From the NCBI GenBank assembly GCA_009886115.1, contig VFJJ01000187.1, positions 1-50,891 on the forward strand: 50,891 nucleotides of DNA. Direction: 5' to 3'. Positions 38,343-47,450 of this stretch are shown here, one piece after another. The notes beneath the pieces are model-generated. The model was not told the DNA's origin and did not search any database. It saw nothing but the letters and a program-made list of their open reading frames with translations. The position numbers and the translations under genes are program-made. The stretch's first letter is position 1, and each line of letters opens with the position of its first letter. The stretch is from Actinomycetota bacterium (GTDB lineage: Bacteria; Actinomycetota; Acidimicrobiia; IMCC26256; VFJJ01).

Positions 38343-39518
38343 TCAGCCCCCGACGGACGGCCGACGCACGGCCCGGGCGAGCGCGTCGTCGACCAGCGCC
38401 GCGACGTCGTAGAGGGTCTCGGCCGCGTCGAGCTCGCGGGCGCTCGAGCGCGTCGCCGGGTCGCGGGGCTCGAACAGCGTGCAGCAGTCCTGATGGGGCT
38501 CGATCGACAACTCGTAGGTGCCGATGGCCTCTGCCGTGGCGATGATCTCCACCTTGTCGTGTCCGATCAACGGCCGCAGCACGGGAAGGGTCGCGATGGC
38601 GCCGACCGCCGCGATGTTCTCGAGTGTCTGAGAGGCCACCTGGCCCAGGCTCTCACCGGTGACGATCGCCCCGGCGCGCTCGCGCTCGGCGATGCGCTCG
38701 GCGATGCGGAGCATCAGCCGTCGATACAGGAGGGTCCGCAGCGGAGACGGCGCCGCGAGGGTCACCTCTCGCTGGGCTTCACCGAGCGGAACCGACCACC
38801 ACGGGCGATGCGCCCCCCACGGTCGCATGGCAGCCACGAGCCGCTCGACCTTGCGCTCCGACGACGGGTCGGTGAAGGGCTGCCCGTGGAAGTGCACCGG
38901 CACGGGATCAGCGCCTCGCTTCATCATGCGCCACATGGCAACGGGCGAGTCGATCCCCGCCGAGATCAGTGTGACGACCCTCCCGCTCGTGCCCACGGGG
39001 AGGCCACCGGGCCCGACGATCTTCGTGGCCGACACGTAGGCCCGGGCGCCCACGATCTCGATGCGCAGCGTCATCTCGGGGTTCGACAACGACACGCGCT
39101 TGTCGAGCCGGGTACGGATCAGCTCCCCCACCGTCTCGTTGACGACCTGGCTGGTGGGCTCGAACGCCGTGCGCGAGCGCCGGGCTCGCACGGCGAACGT
39201 CTGGTACGGGACAGCGACGTCACCGTAGGCCGCGACCTCGAGCGCAACCCGGGCGATCTCGTCGAGATCGGCCGCGGCCACGAGCACCGGCGCCACGTTG
39301 GCCACGCCGAAGACCCGGGTGCACACCTCGAGCGCCCCGGGCTTGGGCGTCACGATCTCGAGGCGGCCGTCGAGCAACCGCACCCGCTCGGCCATCGGAT
39401 CGCCCGGGATGCCGAGCGCCCGCTGCAAGTTGCGCTGCAGCGCCTTCTCGAAGACGTGACGATTGCGCCCCTTGAGGCCGATCTCGTGGTAGTGGACGAG
39501 CAACAGGTCGGGGGTCAC
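38343..39518 (-). CDS. thiI: tRNA 4-thiouridine synthase ThiI (no rhodanese domain)
   Basis: EIGLKGRNR, THUMP domain, GPGGLPVG, SAGIDS PP-loop, GESLGQVASQTLEN, RPL, DCC. Confidence 0.93.
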   Translation of the reverse strand: MTPDLLLVHYHEIGLKGRNRHVFEKALQRNLQRALGIPGDPMAERVRLLDGRLEIVTPKPGALEVCTRVFGVANVAPVLVAAADLDEIARVALEVAAYGDVAVPYQTFAVRARRSRTAFEPTSQVVNETVGELIRTRLDKRVSLSNPEMTLRIEIVGARAYVSATKIVGPGGLPVGTSGRVVTLISAGIDSPVAMWRMMKRGADPVPVHFHGQPFTDPSSERKVERLVAAMRPWGAHRPWWSVPLGEAQREVTLAAPSPLRTLLYRRLMLRIAERIAERERAGAIVTGESLGQVASQTLENIAAVGAIATLPVLRPLIGHDKVEIIATAEAIGTYELSIEPHQDCCTLFEPRDPATRSSARELDAAETLYDVAALVDDALARAVRRPSVGG

Positions 39519-39543
39519 ACCAGCATCATCGCGCCCCGCGTGC

Positions 39544-40836
39544 TCAGCGAGCGGTCCCGAGGAAGAGCGCGTCGGCGATCGCGGCCAGACCGCGGAGGTC
39601 GTGGACGTCGGCATCGGTCTGGGGGACCGTGAGCACGAGGTCGGGAGCGCCCGCGAGCTCCGACCGCAGCTCGGCCTCACGTTTCGCGACCACCGAGAAG
39701 TTCCGGTACGACTCGGCCAGGGTCGCGAGGAGTCGCTCGGTGCGGGCCACCTCGGCCAGCGCGGGCTCCCCGGTGTGCGCCAGGGCCTCGGCGATCGCCC
39801 GTCCATCATCGATGAAGCGCCGAGCAGCCTCCTCACCCGCGGGCTCGACCAGCGCCGTCGAGAGCGTCTTGTTGAGCACCAGCGCTCCGATGGGCAGATC
39901 TCGCTCGGCCAACGCGGCGAGGAAGAACTCAGCCTCCTGCAGCGGCGCCGATTCCAGCGTGGAGACCACCGCGAACGTCGTCCGGCGATCGCGCAGGAGA
40001 CGCTCGACCGCATGGGCCCGTTCGACGAAGCCGTCGTACATCGTCTGGAAGTTCACGAAGAACTCGGCGATGTCCTCGAGGAACTGGCTGCCCAGGATGC
40101 GGTCGGCCACCTGGTAGAAGGGGCGGCTGGCCAGGTTGACGAGCCGAGCGCCCCGACGGCCGCCGATTCGGTACGGCACCGTGAGCCATCGCAGCAGCCG
40201 GCCGCCGAAGAACTCGGCCATGCGCTGAGGAGCGTCGAGGAAGTCGATGGCGTTGCGGGTCGGGGGCGTGTCGACGACGATCAGGTCGTATCGTCCGGCG
40301 CTGTGGAGCTCGTGGAGACGCTCCATGGCGATGTAGTCGTGGCTCTGCACGAAGCGCGCCGTGATGTTGCGGTACAAGGGGTTCTCGAGGATCCGGTAGG
40401 CCGTCGCCTCATCGGGCGAATGGCGCAGCACCAAGGCGTCCCACGACTGCTTGGTGTCGAGCATGGCCGCCCACAGCTCACCTCGGACCTCGATCCCGGC
40501 TGCGGCCAGGATCTCGGGCGAGACGCGCCGTTCGACGTTGCCCAGCCCACCCCGCAAGCCGAGCGCGTCCGCCAGCCGCTTGGCCGGATCGACCGTGAGC
40601 ACGAGCACGCGTCCGCCGAGATGCGTGGCCGCCCCGAGCGCGGTCGCGGCGGCGATGGTCGTCTTGCCAACTCCCCCGGAGCCGCAGAACACCACCACCT
40701 CCTTGGCGGCCAGGAGCGGCTCGAGCCCCGCGACACGAGACCGGGCACTGGGCGAGGGACGCTCGCGTCGAGCCTGACGTGAAGGTGAAGGAGTACGCCG
40801 GGTCGCCGATGCGCTGGATCGCCGGGGCGTCGCCAT
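39544..40836 (-). CDS. ArsA/Get3-family ATPase (Rv3680-like)
   Basis: GSGGVGKTT, TVDPAKRLA, DTPPTRNA; start overlaps the upstream stop (TGATG). Confidence 0.9.
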   Translation of the reverse strand: MATPRRSSASATRRTPSPSRQARRERPSPSARSRVAGLEPLLAAKEVVVFCGSGGVGKTTIAAATALGAATHLGGRVLVLTVDPAKRLADALGLRGGLGNVERRVSPEILAAAGIEVRGELWAAMLDTKQSWDALVLRHSPDEATAYRILENPLYRNITARFVQSHDYIAMERLHELHSAGRYDLIVVDTPPTRNAIDFLDAPQRMAEFFGGRLLRWLTVPYRIGGRRGARLVNLASRPFYQVADRILGSQFLEDIAEFFVNFQTMYDGFVERAHAVERLLRDRRTTFAVVSTLESAPLQEAEFFLAALAERDLPIGALVLNKTLSTALVEPAGEEAARRFIDDGRAIAEALAHTGEPALAEVARTERLLATLAESYRNFSVVAKREAELRSELAGAPDLVLTVPQTDADVHDLRGLAAIADALFLGTAR

Positions 40837-41840
40837 CAGATCCCCAGCTCGTCGCCGATCGCCTCGGCGATGAGGCGCGTCACCCGGATACCGGCGGACC
40901 GCACGAACAGCTCGGGCAGATACAGCTTCGGGAGATCGATCGCCTCGTGCAGCCGGGTGAGATGGGCGGCCCGACTGCGGCGCAGCGCCACGGCCAGGCG
41001 CCCGGCCGCGATCACCGAGCTCGCTCCCGGACCGGCCCGATCTCGGAGCACCGCGCCCGCAGGCTCCTCGGCGAGCGCGCCGAACAGCACCTCGTCGGCC
41101 CGGTGGAGCAACTCCGGCAGCACCCGGTTCACGAACACCACCCCGAGAGGGACCTCGAGCTCGTCACGAACCCGGGCGATGAGCTCGATGGTCTCGGCAA
41201 CGGGCATCTCCTCGGGCGTCACGACCACGTTGAGGGCCGTGATCTCGGGATCGGCCAGCAGCGCCTGGAGCCATCCGGTCTGGTCGCTGACCGAGCCCAT
41301 CCGCACCAGCCCGCCGATCGCCTCGGGAGCGCCCAGTTGCGCGACCACGTGACCCGAGGCCGCGGCGTCGACGATCACGAGATCCCACGGCGCCCGTCCC
41401 TCGATCGACTCGCGAACCTCCCAGCCGATCTTGCCGATCGTGAGGATCTCCTTGACGCCGGGTGCCGCGTTGGCGACGAAGTCGAACATCGAGGCGATGG
41501 GGCCGATGCGCCCCACCATCGGGACCCGCAGGTTGAGCTTCAGGTACTCGCGCAGCGACGCCTCGGTGTCGATCGTCATGACCGAGATCCCCCGAGCCAC
41601 CTCCACGGGCTCGAAGCCCACCCGGGCGTGCTCGAAGAGATCGGTGAGATCGCCCTTGGCGTCGACCTCGACGACGAGCACACGCTTGCCCCGCTGGGCC
41701 GCCAAGTGGGCCAGGCCCGCGGCAACGGTGCTCTTGCCCACCCCGCCCTTGCCCGTGACGACGAGCAGCCGGCGATCGAGCAGCCCCGATCCGGCGGGGC
41801 CGCCGTGGGGCCCTCGTCGAGGTGGCGTTCGGGTCGACAC
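40836..41840 (-). CDS. ArsA/Get3-family ATPase (Rv3679-like)
   Basis: TGKGGVGKST, APGVKEIL.IGK, DAAASGH, PEEMPVAET; start approximate. Confidence 0.88.
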   Translation of the reverse strand: MSTRTPPRRGPHGGPAGSGLLDRRLLVVTGKGGVGKSTVAAGLAHLAAQRGKRVLVVEVDAKGDLTDLFEHARVGFEPVEVARGISVMTIDTEASLREYLKLNLRVPMVGRIGPIASMFDFVANAAPGVKEILTIGKIGWEVRESIEGRAPWDLVIVDAAASGHVVAQLGAPEAIGGLVRMGSVSDQTGWLQALLADPEITALNVVVTPEEMPVAETIELIARVRDELEVPLGVVFVNRVLPELLHRADEVLFGALAEEPAGAVLRDRAGPGASSVIAAGRLAVALRRSRAAHLTRLHEAIDLPKLYLPELFVRSAGIRVTRLIAEAIGDELGI

Positions 41841-41886
41841 GCGAGCCGGACGGGGCTGCGCCGCCGGGCTGGGACGGTCCGCGTGC

Positions 41887-42117
41887 CTAGCTCGCGCCGA
41901 ACCCGACCTTCTTGCGGTCACGTTCGGCGTCGATCTCGACGTACGCGATCTTGTCGACCGGAATGCCCGACCGGTTGCCGTGCTTGTCGTGGAGCCAGAG
42001 CACCGAGCTCGCCCCCGACACGGCCGACTCGATCGCCGCGACCTGCTCGACGCCGTCGCCATCGACGTCGACCCGGATCTCCTTGGGTGAATGGATGATG
42101 CCGATCCTGATCTCCAC
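41887..42117 (-). CDS. DUF3107 family protein
   Basis: MEIRIGIIHSPKEI…IAYVEI…KVGF. Confidence 0.9.
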   Translation of the reverse strand: MEIRIGIIHSPKEIRVDVDGDGVEQVAAIESAVSGASSVLWLHDKHGNRSGIPVDKIAYVEIDAERDRKKVGFGAS

Positions 42118-42245
42118 GCTCGTGTCTCCCGCGCGCTCGAACGCCGTCGTGGCGTCGGTTCCGACGTTGTGCAGGGGAGGCTACCCGGCGGGGCCGCCGG
42201 CCCCGGACCCCCACCGTCCGATCGGCCCGCGCCCCGGGCCGGGCC

Positions 42246-43142
42246 TCAGGCGTGCTCTCTGATGAACGCACCGACCCGTCGCACGGCCTCGCGACCCTCG
42301 GGAAACACCGAAGCGAACCCCTGGAAGACGTGGATCATCTCGTCCCAGACCTCGAGGCTCACCTCCACCCCGGCCGTTCGCGCCGCGGCCACCAGCGAAC
42401 GGCTGTCGTCGAGCAGCACCTCGGCGTCACCCACCTGGACGAGCATCGGCGGGAGACCGGCGAGGTCGGCGTAGAGAGGCGACGCGCACGGATGCCGGCG
42501 GTCGCCGTCGCCGAGGTACGCCGCGGCCATGCGAGCCAGCCCCGCCTGCTGGCACATGACGTCGACGGAGGCCCGGGTGTCCATCGTCTCGCCCCGCAAC
42601 GCCAGGTCGAACCAGCCCGACATCGTGACCGCGCACGCCGGCAGGACCAGCCCCTCGTTGCGGGCCCGGACGAGCGTCGCCACCGTCAACCCTCCACCAG
42701 CCGAGTCGCCCACGATCGCGCACCGGCCCGAGCCGCCAGCGTGGGCGACCAGCCATTGCCACGCAGCGAGCGCGTCGTCGACTGCCGCGGGGAAGGGATG
42801 CTCGGGGGCGAGCCGGTAGTCGACGAGGAGCACCCGGGCGTGGGCCTCGAGCGCCACGGCGGCCGCGAGGTGCCGATGGGTGCGGATCGAACCGATCGTG
42901 TAGCCGCCGCCGTGCAGGTACAGCACGCAACGGCCGCCGCCACCCGAGCGCGGCGTCACCCACTCGGCGTCGACCCCCGCGGCCGAGACCGGCGTGCACA
43001 CCACGTCGATGAGTCCCGCGCCGTCGGGGGGTGCCCCGTCGTCGAGGATCCGGCGCAGCTCGGGGAAGGGCAGATCGTCGGGGAAGCGTTGCGCCCGCAG
43101 GACCTCGACGAACCGGTTGAACTCCTCAGAGGCCACCGTCAC
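42246..43142 (-). CDS. Alpha/beta hydrolase (HSL-family esterase)
   Basis: HGGG, YRLAPEHPFPAA, GDSAG nucleophile, catalytic Glu/His (EVL, HVF). Confidence 0.93.
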   Translation of the reverse strand: MTVASEEFNRFVEVLRAQRFPDDLPFPELRRILDDGAPPDGAGLIDVVCTPVSAAGVDAEWVTPRSGGGGRCVLYLHGGGYTIGSIRTHRHLAAAVALEAHARVLLVDYRLAPEHPFPAAVDDALAAWQWLVAHAGGSGRCAIVGDSAGGGLTVATLVRARNEGLVLPACAVTMSGWFDLALRGETMDTRASVDVMCQQAGLARMAAAYLGDGDRRHPCASPLYADLAGLPPMLVQVGDAEVLLDDSRSLVAAARTAGVEVSLEVWDEMIHVFQGFASVFPEGREAVRRVGAFIREHA

Positions 43143-43173
43143 CTACCCGCTCACCTGGGAACCGCTCACCTGT

Positions 43174-44283
43174 TCACCTGATCTTCAGCTCCGGACGGAA
43201 GCGCTTGCGCGGCGCGAGATCCTCGTCGACCGCACGAGCGATCTCACGAAACAACGCGGCCGGCTCCGAGTCGGGGGCGGTCGCCGTGATCGGTCGACCG
43301 TTGTCGCCACCCTCGCGCAGGGCGGGCACGAGCGGGATCCGACCGAGCAACGGAACCTCGAGACGCTGGGCGAGATCCTGGCCCCCGCCCGAGCCGAAGA
43401 TCTCGTAGGCCGTGCCGTCGTCGCCGCGGAACCACGACATGTTCTCGACCACGCCGATCACCGTGAGCCGGACCTTCTTCGCCATGGCCGCGGCGCGTTG
43501 GGCAACCGTCTGCGCAGCGGCCTGGGGCGTCGTCACCACGATGACCTCGGCCCGGGGCAGGAACTGCGCCATCGACAGGGCGACGTCGCCGGTCCCCGGG
43601 GGCATGTCGATCACGAGGTAGTTGGGCTCGTTCCAGTACACGTCGGTGATGAACTGCTCCAACGCCTTGTGCAGCATGGGTCCCCGCCACACGACGCCCT
43701 CGGCTTCCGACGCGAAGAATCCGATCGAGATGTAGCGCACGCCATAGGCCTCGGGCGGGATGATCACCCGGTCGATGGCGTGCGGGGCCCGGGCCACGCC
43801 GAGCATCCGGGGAATCGAGAATCCCCACACGTCGGCGTCGAGCACGGCGACCTTCTTGCCCCGCTGGGCCAAGGCCACGGCCAGGTTCACGGTGACCGAC
43901 GACTTCCCCACGCCGCCCTTGCCCGACGAGACGGCGATCACACGGGTGCGGGAATCGGTGAAGGGGTTGGCCCGGGCGCCCTTCTCGTCGACGGGGCTCA
44001 GCCGAGCCGCCAGCGCCTTCTCCTGCTCCTCGTCGAGGTCGTCGAACTCCACCTCGACCCGGTCGATCCCGACGACCGACGCCAGTGCCCGTCGCACCTG
44101 GGCGCCAGCCTCGTCGGCCCAGGTGTCGGTGGGCACCGACACGGTGAGCGTGACCGTCGCCGTCGCCTTGGAGACCTCGATGCTCTCGACGAGGCCCAGC
44201 TCGACGAGCGACCGTCCGAGCACCGGATCGGGCACGGATCGCAGCGCGTCGAGCAGCTCGGTCTCGGACGGGGCAGGCGACAT
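43174..44283 (-). CDS. mrp: Mrp/ApbC/NBP35 P-loop ATPase with DUF59-like N-domain
   Basis: SGKGGVGKSS, DADVWG, WRGPM, DMPPGTGD, ENMS; N-terminal VPDPVLGRSLVELG. Confidence 0.9.
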   Translation of the reverse strand: MSPAPSETELLDALRSVPDPVLGRSLVELGLVESIEVSKATATVTLTVSVPTDTWADEAGAQVRRALASVVGIDRVEVEFDDLDEEQEKALAARLSPVDEKGARANPFTDSRTRVIAVSSGKGGVGKSSVTVNLAVALAQRGKKVAVLDADVWGFSIPRMLGVARAPHAIDRVIIPPEAYGVRYISIGFFASEAEGVVWRGPMLHKALEQFITDVYWNEPNYLVIDMPPGTGDVALSMAQFLPRAEVIVVTTPQAAAQTVAQRAAAMAKKVRLTVIGVVENMSWFRGDDGTAYEIFGSGGGQDLAQRLEVPLLGRIPLVPALREGGDNGRPITATAPDSEPAALFREIARAVDEDLAPRKRFRPELKIR

Positions 44284-44352
44284 GGGACGCTCCGACGGGG
44301 TGATGAGGACAACGGGCGGGATTTCCACTACGGCGATAGGTACAATACCGAT

Positions 44353-45108
44353 GTGCACGACCATCTCCCCCGCTCGGGTCCGTCCTCTCCCGGGTCGCAC
44401 ACCGAGCCCCGTCACCTCGACCACGACGAGTTCGCCTCGTACGTGACGGCGGTCACCAGCGCGTTCGGCGATCCGACCCGGCGCGAGATCTACCTCTACG
44501 CGAGGGAGCCGGGAGTCGGCGTCACCGCGGCCGACGTCGCCCGCCACTTCGCGTTGCACCCCAACGTGGCCCGGCATCATCTCGACAAGCTGGCAGCGGG
44601 GGGCTATCTCGACGTCGACCTGGCCCGCACCGAGAGTGCCGGTCGCCCCTCGAAGCGGTACCGCTCGGTCGCTCCTCTGCAGACCCTCGACTTCACCCCC
44701 CGGCGCGACGATCTCATCGCCATCCTCCTCATCCGCACGATCGAGCGTCTCGATCCCCTGGAGGCGTCGAAGCTGGCCGAGGAGGTCGGATTCGAGTACG
44801 GGACGGCGTTGGCGGCCCGCATGTCACCGCTCGAGGGACAGCATTCGGTCAAGTCGGCGATGGCGGCCGTGGCCGACGCGCTCACCGCGCACGGCTTCGC
44901 GGCCCACACCGAAACCGTCAACGACGGGCTGCGGATCGTCTCCGAAGCCTGCCCGTTCGGCGCATCTGCGCAACGCTTCCCCCACGTGATGTGCGCCATC
45001 GACCGCGGGATGGTGCGGGGCATGCTCTCGGGCCTCTACGGCGACACGCAGCCCCTGCAGTCGGAGACCCGCCACTCCGGGGCCGACCACTGTGTCACCC
45101 TGGTCTGA
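44353..45108 (+). CDS. ArsR/SufR-like HTH regulator with C-terminal Cys cluster
   Basis: DPTRREI, LHPNVARHHLDKL, GRPSKRY, CPF…C…C; TACAAT -10 lies 6 nt before the GTG. Confidence 0.85.
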   Translation: MHDHLPRSGPSSPGSHTEPRHLDHDEFASYVTAVTSAFGDPTRREIYLYAREPGVGVTAADVARHFALHPNVARHHLDKLAAGGYLDVDLARTESAGRPSKRYRSVAPLQTLDFTPRRDDLIAILLIRTIERLDPLEASKLAEEVGFEYGTALAARMSPLEGQHSVKSAMAAVADALTAHGFAAHTETVNDGLRIVSEACPFGASAQRFPHVMCAIDRGMVRGMLSGLYGDTQPLQSETRHSGADHCVTLV

Positions 45109-45149
45109 GTCGCCGAGCGCCGCCGCGAAGCCTGCGAGCCGCTGAGCCG

Positions 45150-46364
45150 ATGGCTCGCGTCTACCTCGATCACACGTCCACCACACCGCTGCGACCCGTG
45201 GCCTTCGAGGCGATGCTGCCCTACTTGCGCGAGCACATCGCCGATCCCGGTCGGGTGTACCACGAGGGCCGCACCACCCGGGTGGCGATCGAGGACGCCC
45301 GCGAGCAGATCGCTGCCTTCGTGGGCGCCCGGCCCCGCGAGGTCGTGTTCACCTCGGGCGGGACGGAGTCGGTCGTCACGGCGTTGCGCGGCGGCTTCGC
45401 TCGTGGTCTCGACGCTCGTGGTCTCGACGCTCGTGGTCTCGACGCCCGCGGTCTCGACGCCCGCGGTCTCGGCCACGTGGTCACCACGGCGGTCGAGCAC
45501 TCGTCGGTGCTCGAGACAGCCCGGGCGCTCACGGGCGCCGAGCTCACGGTCGTGGGCGTCGACCGCAGCGGCCGGTTCGACGCGGCCGAGGTGATCGACG
45601 CGATCCGCCACGACACGGCGATCGTCAGCGTGCAGACGGCGAATCACGAAGTCGGCACGCTCCAACCGGTGGCCGAGGTGGCGGCGGCGTGTCGAAGCCG
45701 GGGCGTGCTGGTGCATATCGACGCGTGCGCCTCGCTCGGCCAGGTGGCGCTGGCGTTCGCCGATCTCGGAGCCGATCTGTGCTCGATCGCCTCGCACACC
45801 CTGGGCGGCCCCAAGGGGGTGGGTGCCATCCTGGTGCGACGGGGCCTGCGCATCCCGCCGCTGATGCTCGGCGGCGCCCAGGAGCGCGGGCGCAGGGCGG
45901 GCATCGAGAACCTCCCGGCCATCGCCGGCTTCGGAGCGGCCGTGGGCGAGCTGGCCGCCACCGTGTCACCGTCCGACGGCCGGAACCGCCTCGAGCTCGA
46001 AGCCGCCAGGGCCCGCGACCGCACCGACCGGCTGGCACGCGGCGCGCTCGCCGTGGCCGGGGTCGAGCGGTACGGCCCGAACGACCCCACCGGGCGGCTC
46101 CCCAACCTGGTGTGCCTGGGGATCGCCGGCGTCGAGGCCGAGCCGATCCTGCTCGGGCTCGATCAGCACGGGGTGGCCGTGCACTCGGGGTCGTCGTGCT
46201 CTTCCGAGGTGCTCGAGCCCTCGCCGGTGCTCGCCGCCATGGGTGTCGACGCCGACCGATCCTTGCGGGTGAGCGTCGGCTGGTCGAGCGTCGACTCCGA
46301 CATCGACCGTTTCCTCGAGGCCTTTCCCGACGTGGTCGACCGGCTCCGCTCGTTGCGCACCTGA
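45150..46364 (+). CDS. Cysteine desulfurase (IscS/NifS)-like protein, PLP lysine substituted
   Basis: YLDH..TTP, FTSGGTES, EHSS, NHEVG, HSGSSC catalytic Cys; the SxHK motif reads ASHT. Confidence 0.85.
   Translation: MARVYLDHTSTTPLRPVAFEAMLPYLREHIADPGRVYHEGRTTRVAIEDAREQIAAFVGARPREVVFTSGGTESVVTALRGGFARGLDARGLDARGLDARGLDARGLGHVVTTAVEHSSVLETARALTGAELTVVGVDRSGRFDAAEVIDAIRHDTAIVSVQTANHEVGTLQPVAEVAAACRSRGVLVHIDACASLGQVALAFADLGADLCSIASHTLGGPKGVGAILVRRGLRIPPLMLGGAQERGRRAGIENLPAIAGFGAAVGELAATVSPSDGRNRLELEAARARDRTDRLARGALAVAGVERYGPNDPTGRLPNLVCLGIAGVEAEPILLGLDQHGVAVHSGSSCSSEVLEPSPVLAAMGVDADRSLRVSVGWSSVDSDIDRFLEAFPDVVDRLRSLRT
45399..45473. repeat. 15-bp in-frame tandem repeat x5 (ARGLD)
   Basis: GCTCGTGGTCTCGAC x3, then GCCCGCGGTCTCGAC and GCCCGCGGTCTCGGC. 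Confidence 0.95.
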
Positions 46365-46388
46365 GCCCCACCCGCCCTCGACTCTGCG

Positions 46389-46423
46389 GCCACACAGCCA
46401 CACAGCCACACAGCCACACAGCC
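46389..46423. repeat. 8-bp tandem repeat (GCCACACA)x4
   Basis: Four exact copies plus GCC, between convergent stops. Confidence 0.93.
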
Positions 46424-46425
46424 GC

Positions 46426-47346
46426 TCAATCACCCAGCCGCTCCGGGACGGGCACCAGCTCGAACACCTGACCGGGGAAGATCAGGTCGGGGTTCGACGG
46501 GTCGGCGAGCAGCGGACGCACGTGGTCGACGAGCGCGCTCCAGTAGACCGCGACCTCCCGGTCCGACGGCGCCGCGCCCCACGCCGACGCCAGGGTCTGC
46601 TCGGCGATCGCCCACAGGTGATCGCCTCGTTCGACTTCCCAGACCTCGCCCACGGCCAGGAGATCGACGGGCGCGGGCGCTGGCCCCTCACCGTCCCCGA
46701 CGCCCCGGACGTCCCCGGCACGCCCGACGGACGCGATGGCCGAGAGCTCGAGCGGACTCCGAGGGGAAGCCCCGGCTGCGATGGCGGCCTCCCCACCCGC
46801 GGCAGCTCCGTCGCCCGAAACCTCGATCGCCGCATCGGGATCGGACACCTCGTCGACGACGGTCATCACCTCGATCAGCGGATCGGGCGCATTCGGGGCG
46901 TCCAGTCCGTCGGGATGCTCGACCTCCTGGGCCGTTGCGGCGCGGGCGCTCACGGCGGCCATCGAGCCCACGGCCGAGACGGTGAACGTGGCCCCGACGA
47001 CCAGCTCGACGAGGCGCCGGGCCCAGAGAGGGGTGATGCCGCGGGCGAGGGCGCTCGAGCGGGTCGAGCACGTCAGCACGGCGAGCGCGTGTGCTGTCAG
47101 AACGATCGTCAGGTATGCGCCGAGCGCCACGACCGCCAAGCGCCCCAAGGAGAACATGGCGGTCACGGCACCCTGTCGATCGAGCCACGACATCCATCGC
47201 GCCGGGTCGACGCCCGGACCGTCGAGGCCCATCGGCGCGCCTGTTGCCAAGGCGACCGTGACGATGGCGATCCCGGCCGCCCACAGGCCGATCGCTCGGG
47301 CCCCGATGCACTCTCGGCATTTTTGATGTCTTGCTATTGTTTTCAT
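46426..47346 (-). CDS. Membrane protein with C-terminal LysM domain
   Basis: N-terminal TM helices, acidic/Pro linker, WEVERGDHLWAIAE…NPDLIFPGQVFEL LysM; start uncertain. Confidence 0.82.
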   Translation of the reverse strand: MKTIARHQKCRECIGARAIGLWAAGIAIVTVALATGAPMGLDGPGVDPARWMSWLDRQGAVTAMFSLGRLAVVALGAYLTIVLTAHALAVLTCSTRSSALARGITPLWARRLVELVVGATFTVSAVGSMAAVSARAATAQEVEHPDGLDAPNAPDPLIEVMTVVDEVSDPDAAIEVSGDGAAAGGEAAIAAGASPRSPLELSAIASVGRAGDVRGVGDGEGPAPAPVDLLAVGEVWEVERGDHLWAIAEQTLASAWGAAPSDREVAVYWSALVDHVRPLLADPSNPDLIFPGQVFELVPVPERLGD

Positions 47347-47403
47347 GATGTTTCATGTTGTACCATGCGATCGGGAGCACCGCAACCGCGATGCTCCCGA
47401 TCG
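47337..47403 (+). promoter_or_regulatory. AT-rich promoter (TACCAT -10) and 16-bp stem-loop ahead of the WXG100 genes
   Basis: TGTTTTCATGATGTTTCATG direct repeat; TACCAT at 47361-47366; CGATCGGGAGCA…TGCTCCCGATCG at 47368-47403. Confidence 0.5.
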
Positions 47404-47450
47404 ACCCCGGGACGGCCACGCGTGGGTCCTCCCCACGAAAGGAAGCTCTC

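Noticed and set aside
28660..45108. Apparent long ORFs 28660..30096, 38343..40013, 42994..45108
   Set aside because: Upstream parts are out-of-frame or antisense read-through of neighbouring genes; real genes start at 29271, 39518 and 44353.
28586..46423. Short tandem repeats as a CRISPR array
   Set aside because: Units are 6-18 bp and adjacent, with no unique spacers and no cas genes.
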